Assembly: GCA_965235115.1 (NCBI GenBank)
Contig: OZ249440.1
Span: 33,420,001-33,484,000, forward strand
Direction of reading: 5' to 3'
Origin: Laetmonice hystrix
Lineage: Eukaryota
DNA: 64,000 bases
Under the pieces are notes generated by a model. It saw only the letters and a program-made list of their open reading frames with translations, did no database searches and was not told the DNA's origin. Below are positions 13,706 to 25,897 of this stretch, piece after piece. The position numbers and the translations under genes are program-made. Each line of letters begins with the position of its first letter. Position 1 is the first letter of the stretch.

Positions 13706-16700
13706 CTATAAAAGAGTCAGAAGTCCAGCTTCTGACAAAAACTCTAAAATCACTCCTGGTCTGACATTGTTAAAAAGATCCTTAAGACTTGTCTCACTAT
13801 AAAACCGTTGTCTGATCAGAGTAAAATCACCACACTCAAGTAAAAGATGCTTCAGTGTCAAAGGACACTGACAGCCATGACACTCTGGAGGTGGCTCCCC
13901 CTTCAATAAAAACACGTGGGTTAATCTAGAATGACCAATCCGGCATCGAGTATAAACAATTTCATGCCTACGTTGGGTTAGGCCGTGAAGACACCTTTGG
14001 TTCACGACAGGACTGATCTGATACAATTTATTGTTTGGTTGTTCATCCCATTCAGCTTGCCATTTGTTCTTAATGTATGCCCAGATGGTAGGTCTGAGGT
14101 CAGAGGCTGGGATTGGACACAGTTCGACGTCTGTTTCAAGCGCCCTCTTGGCAGTTCTGTCAGCTTGCTCATTGCCCGGGATACCAACATGACCAGGCAC
14201 CCAGCAAAAGTGAATATCAAAGTTTGCATTGGCAAGCACTGCCAACTTGGACAAGATTTGAACGATCACTGGATGATCTGTGTTCAAGTTAGCAAGTGCT
14301 TGCAGACAGGATAAGGAATCCGAGAAAATGAGGAAATCCTTTTCACTAGAAACTTCAATATTTTGAAGGGCAAGAAGCAGGGCCCGAGCCTCTGCTAAGA
14401 AGATGGAACTTTGCCCTGAGATGCGGGTGCCGAAGTTGTGCTTGCCATGAACTGCAGCCGCAGACACATCACTGCCATCCTTTGAGCCATCTGTATAGAA
14501 GGCATAATGTGAGGGATACCTTGCCTGGACGTCAAGAAAATGTTCAAAATATGTCAGGGGATGAGTTTCTGACTTCTTCAGCTGAGCCAACTGAAGAATG
14601 ATGTTAGCCTTTTCCAGGTCCCAAGAAGGAATGTTGCAAAAATGTGTCTGCCCCAGGACGTTCAGACCAATATCCAGTTACTCTAGATGAAGTTTCACCC
14701 TCAGTCCAAAAGGACATATGTACGTTTCCTTTCTTTCATATAAATGTATGAACTGAGGGTGAAAAACGCAATTGTAAGCTGGATTTGAACTGTTTGTCCC
14801 GAGCTTGACTGCATACTGCAGAGCCAGCTTCAGACCCCTGTTGTCAAGCGATGGCTCTCGGGCCTCCACATAGAGGCTCTGAACAGGGGACGTTCTAAAA
14901 GCCCCAAGTGAAAGCCGCAAACCCTGGTGGTGAACCGTGTCCAAAAGCCGAATGTAAGACTTACAAGCAGAACCATAAACTATGCTACCGTAATCGAGCT
15001 TCGACCGGATTAAAGCTCTGTACAGTTGTAAAAGGACTGTACTGTCTGCCCCCCAGTTTGTGCCAGATAAAACCTTGAGAACACCCAGAGCCTTAAGGCA
15101 TCTGGATTTGAGTGATTTAATGTGAGGGATAAAAGACAGCTTGCTGTCAAAAGTGAGTCCCAGAAACTTTGTCTCTTTAACGACCTTGATAGGATCTCCA
15201 TCCAATGTCAACTCAGGGTCAAGGTGGAAAGCACGCAATTTGCAGAAATGCATGCAGGCCGTTTTAGATTTTGATTATGTTGAGACAGAGTTGGAGTTGT
15301 CTTTCAATGGCATTCATGTTTTTGCCTCTGCAGCAGACGTCAAAGTCATCGATGAACAGGCTGCAGGGCATGCCAGCTTTAACCGAGTTAACAATGCTGT
15401 TGATCTTAATACTAAAAAGGGTAACTGACAAAATGCTTCCCTGAGGCACACCTAATTCTTGGTCGTGCAAGTCAGACAGGGTCGTGCCTACTCTGACTTA
15501 AAAATGTCTGTTGGATAAAAACTGAGATATGAAAAGGGGCAAACGCGGTTGATAAAAGCATCTCGGATGTATGTCTCAAGTCTGATCAGATGATCCAGAG
15601 TACTTCTCCCTCGCCGGAAGCCACACTGAAAATCAGTGATGAGGTGTTCAGATTCAAGCTTCCTGACGAGGCAATCATTGAGCATTCTCTCCATGGTTTT
15701 GCACAGGCAACTTGTTAGGCTATTGGTCTGTAATTGTTAGCTTCACTATGGTCTTTTCCTGGTTTGGGGATGGGGATGATTATTGCTTCTTGCCAGGAAA
15801 GGGGTATATTACCAGTTATCCAAATATTGTTGAAAATGTGAAGAAGGATGAGAAGGGTGGTGTCAGGTATTGGTAATGTATTTTATCAGGTCCAACTGCA
15901 GTGTCGTGTGATTTTTTAAGAGAGCATCTTAGTTCTTCAATGGAGAAGAGTTGGTTATACTCTTCTCTTTTGTCAGAGTTAAAGTTTAGTTTCTGTTTCT
16001 CTTTACGAGCACGAATGGCTTGGAATTGAGGGAGGCAGTTCCTGGTGTTGTACTCCAGTACCACCTCCCTTGCCTTTAAGTTTCCGTATCATGTTCCAGA
16101 CTTTTTTGATAGGAGTACGAGAGGTCAGACTGGAGACGTAGTCTCTCCAGCTCTGCCTCCGTCTCTCTTTACAGATATGGCGTGCCCGTGCTCTCATGAT
16201 TTTAAAATTAGTAAGGTTCACTGCAGTTGGATGCCTGTTGAAAAGGCGTTCTGCTTTCTTCCGGTCTTTCATTACTTGCTTGCAGTCTTCATTAAACCAT
16301 GGATTTGAGACATGTTTAGGAATTGTCGAGGTTTTAGGAACTGTCCTGTCTGCAATGGAGATTAAAAGCGAGGTAAAATCATCCATTGCTTCAGGATTGT
16401 TAATGGTGTCTGCTGTGAATTCCTCCCGACAGAGGGTCTGGAAGGAGTGCCAGTCGGCTTTTTTAAGTTGCCACCTTTGTTGTTTTTCCCCAATGTTGGG
16501 TCCTTCATATGTAAGGATGGTGGGAAAGTGGTCACTCCCGCAAAGGTCATCCCAGACCCTCCAGGAAAAATCCAGCAGCAGATCTGGTTCAGCTATTGCA
16601 AGGTCAATGGCTGTATAAGTGCCATGACCGGGATGTAAGTATGTGTTTGAACCATCATTAAAAATGCATAGAGCATGATTATCAATGAACTCTTCAATCT

Positions 16701-17160
16701 TCTTGCCCTTGCCATCAGTTGTGGTGCCACCCCATAAGGGATTGTGGCCATTAAAATCTCCCAAAAGGAGATACGGAGTTGGCAGTTGACCTACTAAATC
16801 ATTAAGATCCTGGTGGGCCAAGGTACTGTTTGGGGGAATGTATATGGAGCAGATAGTGATGGCTTTATGTAGAGTTAGGTGTATGGCTATTGCTTGTAAT
16901 GGTGTGTCTATTGTAACAGGGCTATGGGTGAGATCTTGTCGAACCAGAATGGCAGTGCCGCCAGCAGCACGGTCACCATCTGGTGCAAAACCAAGGAAAG
17001 TCTGATAACCCTTAAATGAGACTTTGTCTCGGGCAGTAAGAAATGTTTCTTGTAGACAAAGGGCAAGAGGATCAAGGTTTTCTGCTAAAAGTCTGAGCTC
17101 ATTAAAATTGGCTCTAAAACCTCGACAATTCCATTGAAGGAAGCATTTGCCTGACATCAA
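13706..17160 (-). pseudogene. Nimb ORF2: APE endonuclease, reverse transcriptase, RNase H, CCHC; broken
   Basis: QWNCRG, LQET, GDFNGH, SDHFP (APE); QCGFRRGRST, GVPQGSILS, FIDD (RT); YTDGSK (RNase H), spread over several frames. Confidence 0.92.
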
Positions 17161-18442
17161 GGTGGTTTAACAGGCAAACGCCCCGTAGACTTTATTTTGG
17201 GTGAAAGGCTGCGACTACGACAAGTCGTAGCATCAGCCATTTCAACATCTTGAAGATGCTGAAAATTGTTTGTAAGTGCTATTGCACTATTGTTGGAGGC
17301 TGCCTTGGGCAGCCGATCTTTTTTGGTAGATGGCTCTTTTGTACTTGGTTGATCAGTTTTTGGAGTTGGTTCTTTATTACTCGGCCCGACCTGTGGTGGA
17401 GGAACCGAGGTTGTCTGGCTTTGTGTTGAGCGGCATTTTTAGGTGGCTGACTCGAGACGGCTTTCTTAGGTGGTCCATTTGTGCTGTCAGCGGGATCAGG
17501 GTAGGTCACAGGTTTATCCCCCTTGACCCACACCATCTCCGTTTGACAAGCGAAAGTCCGTGTGGTAGGCTTAACAGCGGCAGCATAGGTTTTAACTGTT
17601 GGTGGAAGCATATATTGCTCCACCAACTTTCGTGCCTCAGGGAAACTAAGTTTTCTTTCTGTCTTAACCTTTAGGATTTCCTTCTCCCACACGGAACATT
17701 CGCGTGAAACAGTGGAATAACCCTGACCACAGTTGGCGCATTTGGCGGGTTTTTCACAGCCAGTATGGTCATGGCCTGTTTCAGCGCACTGAGAACATTT
17801 TTGTTCATTTCTACATGGGTCGGTCCCATGCCCAAACCTCTGGCACTTAAAGCAACGCAGAGGATTTGGGATGTAGGGATCAACTTTTACCTTTAGAAAG
17901 CCAATCTCGAGTTCATCTGGTAGAGTGGGCCTGTCGAATGTCAGAAAATATGTGTGTGTCTTGATGGTGTTACCATCTCGTTTCACTATCAATTTTCTGA
18001 CTTACGACACACCTTGCCAGCTCAACCCAGCAAGGATCTCCTGTTCAGTTGTAGTGTCAAGAGAGTTTGTTCTAATAACACCCTTGCTGGAGTTGAGCGT
18101 CCTGTGACGAGAGGCCTTAATACTGTAACCTGCGAGTACTATGGCACTGAGCAGGTTCACAGATTGGGCCTTCGTGGCACACTCCACCAACAGTTGGCCA
18201 GACCTCAAACGTTTACAATCTTTGACTGTTCTAGCTATCCCCAATATGCCTTTATGTATGGCAAAAGGGGATAGCTTAGATATTGGTCGTTCAGCTTCTG
18301 CCGATTCAACAATGATAAAACGAGGCCATTCCGTCAAGTGTTCATTCTCCATAGACCGGTCCGAGTCAGAGTCAGTTAGTTTCAATAGTTTTCTTTTTGG
18401 GGGATTGTTTGATGCCATGTTTGTGTTAGAGTGTTTCACCAA
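17160..18442 (-). pseudogene. Nimb ORF1 (gag-like, three CCHC knuckles), premature stop near 18002
   Basis: CFKCQRFGHGTDPC, CSQCAETGHDHTGC, CANCGQGY; TAA here where the copies at 40 kb and 63 kb have GAA. Confidence 0.88.
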
Positions 18443-18933
18443 CCCTATTCCCCACCCTCCATGGAGCCCAACAAGGGGAAGTGCAGAGCTGCAGTAACCA
18501 GCAGTTGCAAACCAAGGATAATTATAGGGTTGGTATACTCAAGCAATGGAACGAAAGAGGGTGTTGCCATTACTTGATTATTCCTAGAAGGCGGTGGCTT
18601 AGGGTCAAAGAAGAAATAGTTACGATAGATGTTGCCTATTGTACAAGAGAATTAAATTCACTGTAAAGGGTACTCAATACAAAAAATCCTAGGGCAAGGC
18701 GTGACCAGCCGATTGATTGGATCGGGCCTCTCCAACCTCCCGTCTAGGTGAAGTAGGAGCCAAAGCACCGTGTTGGACCTGTGAAAAGCTGCAGCAATTC
18801 ACCGTCCTCAGGTACCAGGACCTCTTCCTCCACCGACACGAGTCACGACTCACGGCAAACAAGTCGCCCCATTTATTCGCCTCTTGCGAACAGCCGGGGG
18901 CTGGGGAACATTTTACCCCGGTCCCCATGGGGG

Positions 18934-19502
18934 GTAAACAAAAGGGTGATGCGCTAATCATTGACGGCAGGCGTTATACAGTCAAGCAGTTCCACAATCT
19001 ACCGCATAACCTGTCCTTAGAGAACGCGCATGTTGTTCATTTCGAACAAGGGTGTGTATTTCAGGGGCACCATGCCTACTTGTCTTCAATGTATCCTACC
19101 ACAATAAAACACAATAACAAGCTGTACCATCACGCTGAGGGTCTCTACCAGTCCTTATGTGCCAGTTACCATGGTGATTTGGATTTAGCGGAGCAGATCA
19201 GGTCAGAGGCGGATCCCTTCCGCGCGAAGAGACTGGCATCAAAACTAAAGACTACTAGAGAATGGGAAGACGGTAAAGTAGAAGTCATGCGTGATGTGGT
19301 CAAACTGAAGTTCGATCAAAATGTAAGAATTCGTGAAAAACTAATGGCCACTACCAAACCTCTGTTCGAATGTACCGGTGATCGTACTTTTGGAGCTGGC
19401 TTCAAGCTGCGAGATTGTGGACAAGTTGACACAAATGCCCTTCGGTGTGGTAATGCATTGGGGAAGCTTTTAATGCAATATCGTGAATCTTATCCTAATT
19501 GA
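18934..19502 (+). CDS. ORF1 C-terminal strand (KGDALIIDGRRY) fused to a NADAR/YbiA-like domain
   Basis: LSSMY, AEGLYQ, DPFRAKR, W......M......KFDQN...REKLMAT, FECTGDRTFGAG, GNALGKLLMQYRE follow the YbiA/NADAR motif order. Confidence 0.85.
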
Positions 19503-19586
19503 ACCATCAACAGTCAATTGTCATTTGATGCGAGCGTTACATATGTATTTGCTCTATAGGACTATGTAATGGATTGAGGTGTAATA

Positions 19587-19937
19587 GGGGACCGGGGTGG
19601 GGCAGTGGTTAGAGCACGGGACCTTTGATGCAAGGGTCCTGGGTTCGATCAGCGGCCGCGCCGGACTTTCCTGCATAAGCAGTGCTGCCGACTGCTTTAT
19701 CAAAGGCCGGCCGTGTCACGATACGTCTATGTGGAGGGGCACGTTAAAGATCCCTTGGAACCTATCTATAAGAGTAGGGGTTCGCCCCGATGCCAGGTTT
19801 CCTCCTATCATCAGATCATTATCACCCAATGGATTTCACCGACTGAGTTAGTTACCTTGTTCTTGCCCGGAAATAGCTGAAATACTGCTGACTGGGCGTT
19901 AAACACCAACTACTCACTCACTCACTCACTCACTCAC
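19587..19937 (+). mobile_element. tRNA-derived SINE with Nin/Deu-like core and (CACT)n tail
   Basis: A box tggggcagtgg, B box gggttcgatc, core gcacgttaaaga..aagagtaggggttcgcccc; AATA duplicated at both ends. Confidence 0.8.
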
Positions 19938-20460
19938 AATACTTTGTCAATTGCAACTTATTATGTATGGATTTGAACTATTGGATTACTTTGTATATTA
20001 CGATGTGTGTGGTCCACCAATGCTCTCCGTCATGGATGGAATTGAATTGGATCAGCAGTAGAATTTCCCGTATAAGTTTATGTAATGGATGAGGTGTAAT
20101 ACTTTGCCTATTGCGACTATTTATGTATGGATTTGAATTGTTGGATTACTTTGTATATGTGTGTGGTCCACCAATGCTCTCCGTTATGTATGGAATAGAT
20201 TGGGATCAGCAGTAAAATTTGTTGCATAAGTTTATGTAATGGATGAGGTGTAATACTTTGCCTATTGCGATTATTTATGTATGGATTTGAATTATTGGAT
20301 TACTTATATATTACGATGTGTGTGGTCCACCAATGCTCTCCGTTTTGGATGGAATTGATTTGGATCAGCAGTAAAATCTGCCATATAAGTTTATGTAATG
20401 GATGAGGTGCAATACTTTGACTAATTCGACTTAGTATGTATGGATTTGAAGGGTTGGATT
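19938..20460. repeat. ~157-bp tandem repeat, about 3.3 copies, in the ORF1-ORF2 spacer
   Basis: Units start near 19938, 20098, 20252 and 20411 (aatactttg...gtggtccaccaatgctctccg...gatgaggtgt). Confidence 0.9.
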
Positions 20461-20826
20461 TGGGTTTATGGGTTTAGTATGTTTGAGGAGGCTCACCGGG
20501 CCGGCGTACCTGTTTTCCATGTGTCATCGCCTAGTTAAGTTTATTTTCACTTACCAGGGATCAGACTTACTGATCCTCATTACCAAGCACCTGTTATTAC
20601 TCTATATTAACCTTGATGAAATTGTTCTAACCCGAATGCCACTGAGTTGTATAACGTCTAGGGGAGGGGTAGGTGGCGTAACTGCCGAGACCTACCTCCA
20701 ATTTAATGATATGTTGATAGACTATGAGAAGAGAGTATATGGTATTATATTGGTGGAGATTTTGAAGCTGGATGTGTTGATAAGAGCTGGAGTGGCACTG
20801 TGTAATAAGTTACTAGAACCAGTACA

Positions 20827-22646
20827 ATGAATACGCTTAAGAATGTAACTAGGGAGCGAGGCATTCATTTTGCCCATATAAATATGAGGAGCCTGGTAAA
20901 CAAAATGGATATTTTTAGACAATTATTACTTGACAGTCTCATATAAATATTTAGGGGTTACATTGGATGCCACTCTGTCAATGACTAAGCATATAGCATA
21001 TTAAGAATATTACCAAGGCAGTGTCACATAAAGCATACTTATTGGGTAAATTTAAAGCCAAATGCAACAATCCAGCTACCTTATACCTTCCCATATGCCT
21101 TATACAATAAAGAATAACATCAGCAATAAATGCAGGTCAATAGGTTTTACATAAACGAGAATGCCAACCTTAAACTACGAGTACCGTACCTCTAGCCGAG
21201 AAATGAACTCGGCGCCATTTTACATCACATTATCACATGGGAGATTGATTCAGCCAATCAAAAACAGTCAGGTCACCCGAAAGTGTGACGTCGCCAGAGC
21301 CGCGAGTTTCGACCAGCTGTCAGATCGGGTGAGGATACAAGGTAGTCAGAGAGTCTAGACTGAGAGCTGCGAGTAAGATTATCCGTGTCATAGTACTAGG
21401 AGACCGATCAGCAGGTCTAACCACACCACTGACTTGGTGCTGATCCTTCGTGAAGATATGCCTGGGTGTGCTAGCTGAACGGTAGCCCGACGCTTTGACA
21501 GTGGCAGTGCACGCCATGTCCCCGGCCGTAGACTGCCGTAGTCTGTCACTACTGTCAGACTCCATCCATGACCCAACCAGTGTACATTTCATTCTCTAGT
21601 TGACAATTCTCCGTATAAATAATAGCTTTCAGCCACCATTTCATGCGTTGGAGGGTATTGCGACGAATTTCTGTTCGTTTAAGCGCCCGGTAAGAGATTT
21701 TTCACTATGTTGTCGATCGACCAAATTGGCATGTCTGGCCCCGTCCAACCACCAGTGCACGCCCGTCGGGAGCACCGTGCTGCCCCGTTGTTGGCTTGAG
21801 ACTCTTGACCACCTGACTCGGGTGTCGGGTGAGGCATGGAGCCTGGGACAGGGCACGCATGGGACATGAAGTCATGTAATCGACATGGGCCGAGATAACC
21901 ATGGTCCGAGTTCACCAGTAACCATTATTGTACATAGTGTCCGTGAAGATGGTTGACCAACACAGTGATGGGGGAATGGGGTAGGCTCTAGGGACGCCAT
22001 TTTTTAAGGTCTCACGGCAGTGAATTTCGGCAAGATGGACGCCGTGAGCAAACGGGCAACTGTCAGTTTCTATCGGGGATTACTTTTAACACACACTTTG
22101 TGGGAATTAGATGGTGGCAGGTAAAAGGCACTATACCATGGTTATCCATGGGCCCTATTGCTAGTGGCGGTTTCGGATCGCTTTAAGAAATACATAAATA
22201 ATCATGCTGCTTTGACGATAGTCAAATAATGGAAGTCTATGGTGACATATTGTACTGTAACTCCAATACCTGCCTTCTACAAAAGTTACAAGTTTTGCAA
22301 AACAAGTGTCTGCGTATTTGTTTGAATGCGCCACCCAGGACACCTACTTCAGACCTTCATAGAGAAGCTAATGTGGCTAAATTGGAGATACGTAGGATAT
22401 GGCATCTAAGGAACTTTATGTTTAGAATGAAAGCCAATGAGGGGTTGATTGATAGAAGGGATATTGGTACTAGGACACATGATGCAATTAAGTTTACTGT
22501 TAAACAGCCTAAATGTGAAAAGTATAAAGCAAGCGTGTATTATCGAGGTGCAGTTAGTTGAGTGGAATGCTTTGGATAGGGAAGTACGATCGATTGTAGA
22601 TTTTGATGACTTCAAGTATGTCCAGAAGTTATGGGCCTTGTCATAA
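20827..22646 (+). pseudogene. CR1/L2-type ORF2 remnant: 38 codons of APE joined to the post-RT C-terminus
   Basis: GIHFAHINMRSLVNKMD, then YKYLGVTLDATLSM, KAYLLGKF|KKYIN, YGDILY..LQVLQNKCLRIC..YRGAV.WNAL. Confidence 0.8.
21056..22182. mobile_element. TTAA-flanked Kolobok-like insertion in ORF2
   Basis: TTAA at 21052-21055 and 22183-22186; removal restores GKF-KKYINNHAAL; TIR only weak (AGC...GCT). Confidence 0.6.
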
Positions 22647-23387
22647 ATTGCATGTAGGCATTGTGTGGCTATTGAAGAGATTTGGTGTTATCTGGTTGCG
22701 AATACACATATGTTACTGAGGAGTATAGCCCCCCCCCATCCTATTTATCTTGTCTGTAATTTTTCTCCATATGCATTTTATGGGAGTAGTGCACATATGT
22801 CACTTTTCTCTCTTGTTATTTTCCAACGTTATATAAATGATGTGGCTACTAACCCATCCTTTTTGTTTCTTACACGTTACTGACACATGGCTCGTTACGC
22901 GGCCAACAAATTGTTTAGGGAATATATTGTTTACGGGAATATATGCTGGCAGGTCCAGGAAGACCAGTGTTGTACTGAGGGTTTGCCAGTGAAAATAAAC
23001 GAAATTAAAAAGAAATGTCGGGTCCTACATTCACCCACCTAGATCCTCACTTCATCATGGTATCTCTGTCACAGACACCATCATCCTGGTTACTGTCTGG
23101 AGTACTGGTAGGCCTATTATCCCAAATATCAGTGTGGGCAGCTCCTACCAATAAAAAAGCATGATATATGTGAAAGGCGAAAGTATACTTTTGGCTTATA
23201 TCTGGTGCTACCCATTACAGAAATGCATTAGCCTACCTAAGATTGCATGAATTAATTGGGCACGATTAAAGTTAACGATCCAATTCTCAAAAATATTTTT
23301 TTAAATCGAAGCCCCACATTCCTCACCTTTTTTTGCATACACCAAATCTGCCAAAAAGGCCTTCAAGGTACCTGGAAACCTCTTTAA

Positions 23388-23744
23388 CCCTTTCAGGGCG
23401 AACGATGCCTTGAGGCATTACCGTGCCAGGGCGGACGATGCCTTGAGGCATTACCACCCCAGGGCGGACGATGCTTTGAGGCACTTTTTTGTCTACTCCG
23501 ACCACTCCACGTAAATCCAGCCCATTGATAGCAAAGACTGTCAATCAACCAACTACAATTGTCGAGTAGCTGTACTAACTCCCCCCTTACATATTACGTT
23601 GATTGCTTTTGTCTTTTAGACATTTATGTGTCCCAAAATCACGTTTTCCGAGACGAAAATCCAAAATGGCTCGCCCACGTGGGTGCGCAAAACTGGGTCA
23701 GCCTCTGTGACGACTGTGACGTAACAAACGTCGCCGGCATAGGG
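23388..23744. mobile_element. piggyBac-like MITE, copy 2, with a triplicated ~33-bp subterminal unit
   Basis: TTAA|CCCT...AGGG|TTAA; three copies of cagggcg(g/a)acgatgc(c/t)ttgaggca. Confidence 0.75.
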
Positions 23745-25897
23745 TTAATCGAACTGAAATGGTAAATTAGTGACCAGTGCAACTTATGTCTACATTTTCC
23801 AACGTCAGACAGTACATTAATACAACTGCTTACACTACTACGGCCCGAGGTTGCCTCAAGCTTCCCATTTGATCTTTCAAACAACTGAAAACTGAAAGGC
23901 AAACCAAAACCTCAGCCAACATGAAGACATAAAAATGAAATAAAATGTAACATGTTGAAATGATAATCTAATATCAACATGAAATGAAACATTCCTCTAC
24001 CAACTAATACATATCAAACCTTTCCCATCTGTGATTAAAATGTCCTTCCTTTCTTCAAAAGATTCCAATGTGTCAATTTTTGCACTAAGCCTAATTAAAG
24101 ATACGAATATCATGTTGCCATATAAATACCAGTTCCAATATCCTCATAACCTACATTAGCTAATATTGGTAGGAGGGCTGTTTTGTGTGCATATGAGATA
24201 TTTTGACAATACAGCACCAAAATAACATGAAGAACAAAATGGGTGAACCCAGATACTTTTTAAAATCCCTTTCTCACACGCCTGGTACGGTAACATAATT
24301 TGGGATACCTAAACAGGTAAGTTAATGACCTTTTAGCCTCCCATGCCTACTATACATGTATGTAATTTTAGAAATACTATACATGTATGTAATTTTAGAA
24401 ATGACATTCAAAGTCATATTGCGCAAAATAATTTGGTAATTCGTGGCGAATTGACCACAAATCCTGCTCTTGTCAGCGATCACTCCCATCAGCTGATCTG
24501 TGTAGGGATACATACCCCATTCTACTAGAGCATAAATCATTTCCAATTTTACGAGCTTATAATTTATTAATTTACGGAATTCGGCCCAATATAAACAAAA
24601 AATTGACGACTTCAAAACAGTCTGTCACCATAAGATAAGTCCCGTTTGGACATACTTAAGGGGTCTAACTGATTATTTCTTATGGTAAATCCACATGTCA
24701 TCTAAGTTGAACATATTAAAGGAGAAGTCCAGTCAAAAATCACATTTGGACAGCTGCAAGGCCTCTATATATACTCACCTTTCAGAGTAGTGGTTGGAAA
24801 TAAATGTCCCCCCTATTCCAAGAAGTCATATATTAAACATAAAAACCGTGTCAAAATCACTGGCTTCAGCAGCGCAGCCATTTGTTGCTATTGGGCTGGC
24901 CGGAAGTGACGTTCCAGGGCTAATCTATTGCATGCCAGGGCTAGGTTATACTAGGCTGAAGGCAGCCGAGGCAAATCGACGGGGGTCAGTCCCACAGTCA
25001 CAGTCACAACTAAAACGCAGCAGGTCTGTGCTGACTATGCTGACACTAGCTGCCATTGCTCGCAGTCGTAGTCAGAGTGGTGCCGGGCCTCAGGGGCCAT
25101 GAGCTCCGTCAACATCACACGAATCCGAGTGGGACAAATGCAGGTGGCCGAAACCCATGGCTGCCCAGATCCGTGTCCACCCTGATATGTCCCCTGACAT
25201 CGGTAGGCTTAATTCCTAGCCATTCCTCATCACTATCGATGGTTTTCGTCTATGTTCTAACAAATTTTGCTTATAAGCTGTCAACGTTCGCTGCCTTCCA
25301 AATCGATCAACGCTACAGGTGCGTCAGTTTGTAGTTCCTCCCAAACTGGAGAGCAGTCATGCTGCGCATGCTTGCCTAGGGCGATCATGCGCAGTTTGAG
25401 ATTAGCCCAAGGAGCAGACGGTAATGGCGGCCTTCACCAGCTGAGCAGGTTGTAAGAAGCCTCCGGCACTAAAGTGCCTATATCTTAACTATCTGAGCAC
25501 CAATTGTGTTCAAATATTTTTTAACTTGCTTAGAATATCACGGCATGTGTGCCTGGCCTGTACAGACTGGCGATGGCCTATTTTCTTTTAAGTAAAACAG
25601 TAACCATAGGGGGTGCTATGTCGGGACGGCACCCTTATAATAAAAATGCAAAAGATAAAGGAGCTTGGAATAACATTATATGTAACTCATTTCCATATCA
25701 TAAAAAAGAAAATTTTACTGATAAATCCAAAAGAGTTAATCCATATCGTAGATTTTGGTTCACATATTTTGCACAGCCATTTACACCTTGTGTTGGCCAA
25801 CCGTGCCCAACTAGTCCATTTGACAGTCCTATGTGTTCAATACACCAACCTAGAAATGTTCTTTCCTATGAATTATTTTTGTTGATTGTACTCTAAT

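Larger units (their letters stand above)
13530..18933 (-). mobile_element. Full-length but mutated Nimb/I-group LINE (~5.4 kb)
   Basis: 5' UTR, ORF1, APE-RT-RNase H ORF2 with frameshifts and deletions, (CACT)n tail; TSD gtaaacaa(t/a)ggg-type at 13517-13529 and 18934-18946 with 1 mismatch. Confidence 0.93.
12680..23016 (+). mobile_element. CR1/L2-group LINE with ORF1-NADAR fusion and internally deleted ORF2; interrupted by a Nimb LINE, a SINE and a Kolobok-like insert
   Basis: In order: ORF1 (12760), NADAR (to 19502), spacer, EN start (20827), YKYLGVTLD (~20942), ORF2 C-terminus (22187-22646), 3' UTR ending gaagaccag..aataaa..A-rich. 5' boundary approximate. Confidence 0.75.

Noticed and set aside
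16045..16618. Antisense and overlapping ORFs within the LINE copies
   Set aside because: Shadow frames of ORF2; they recur only because the element is repeated.
18717..18933. N-terminal ~72 aa of the 261-aa track ORF as the true start of the NADAR protein
   Set aside because: It is the antisense Nimb 5' UTR (same peptide at 62830-63189); the real N-terminus is at 12760.
18934..19502. NADAR as bacterial or phage contamination, or as a DarT-NADAR operon
   Set aside because: Fused in frame to a LINE ORF1 and embedded among animal TEs; no ADP-ribosyltransferase ORF is recognisable in the window.
19587..19670. tRNA gene
   Set aside because: A/B boxes only, no convincing cloverleaf; continues into a SINE body and tail with a TSD.
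24721..25586. Kolobok-like MITE between two TTAA sites
   Set aside because: Terminal inverted match too weak to support boundaries.
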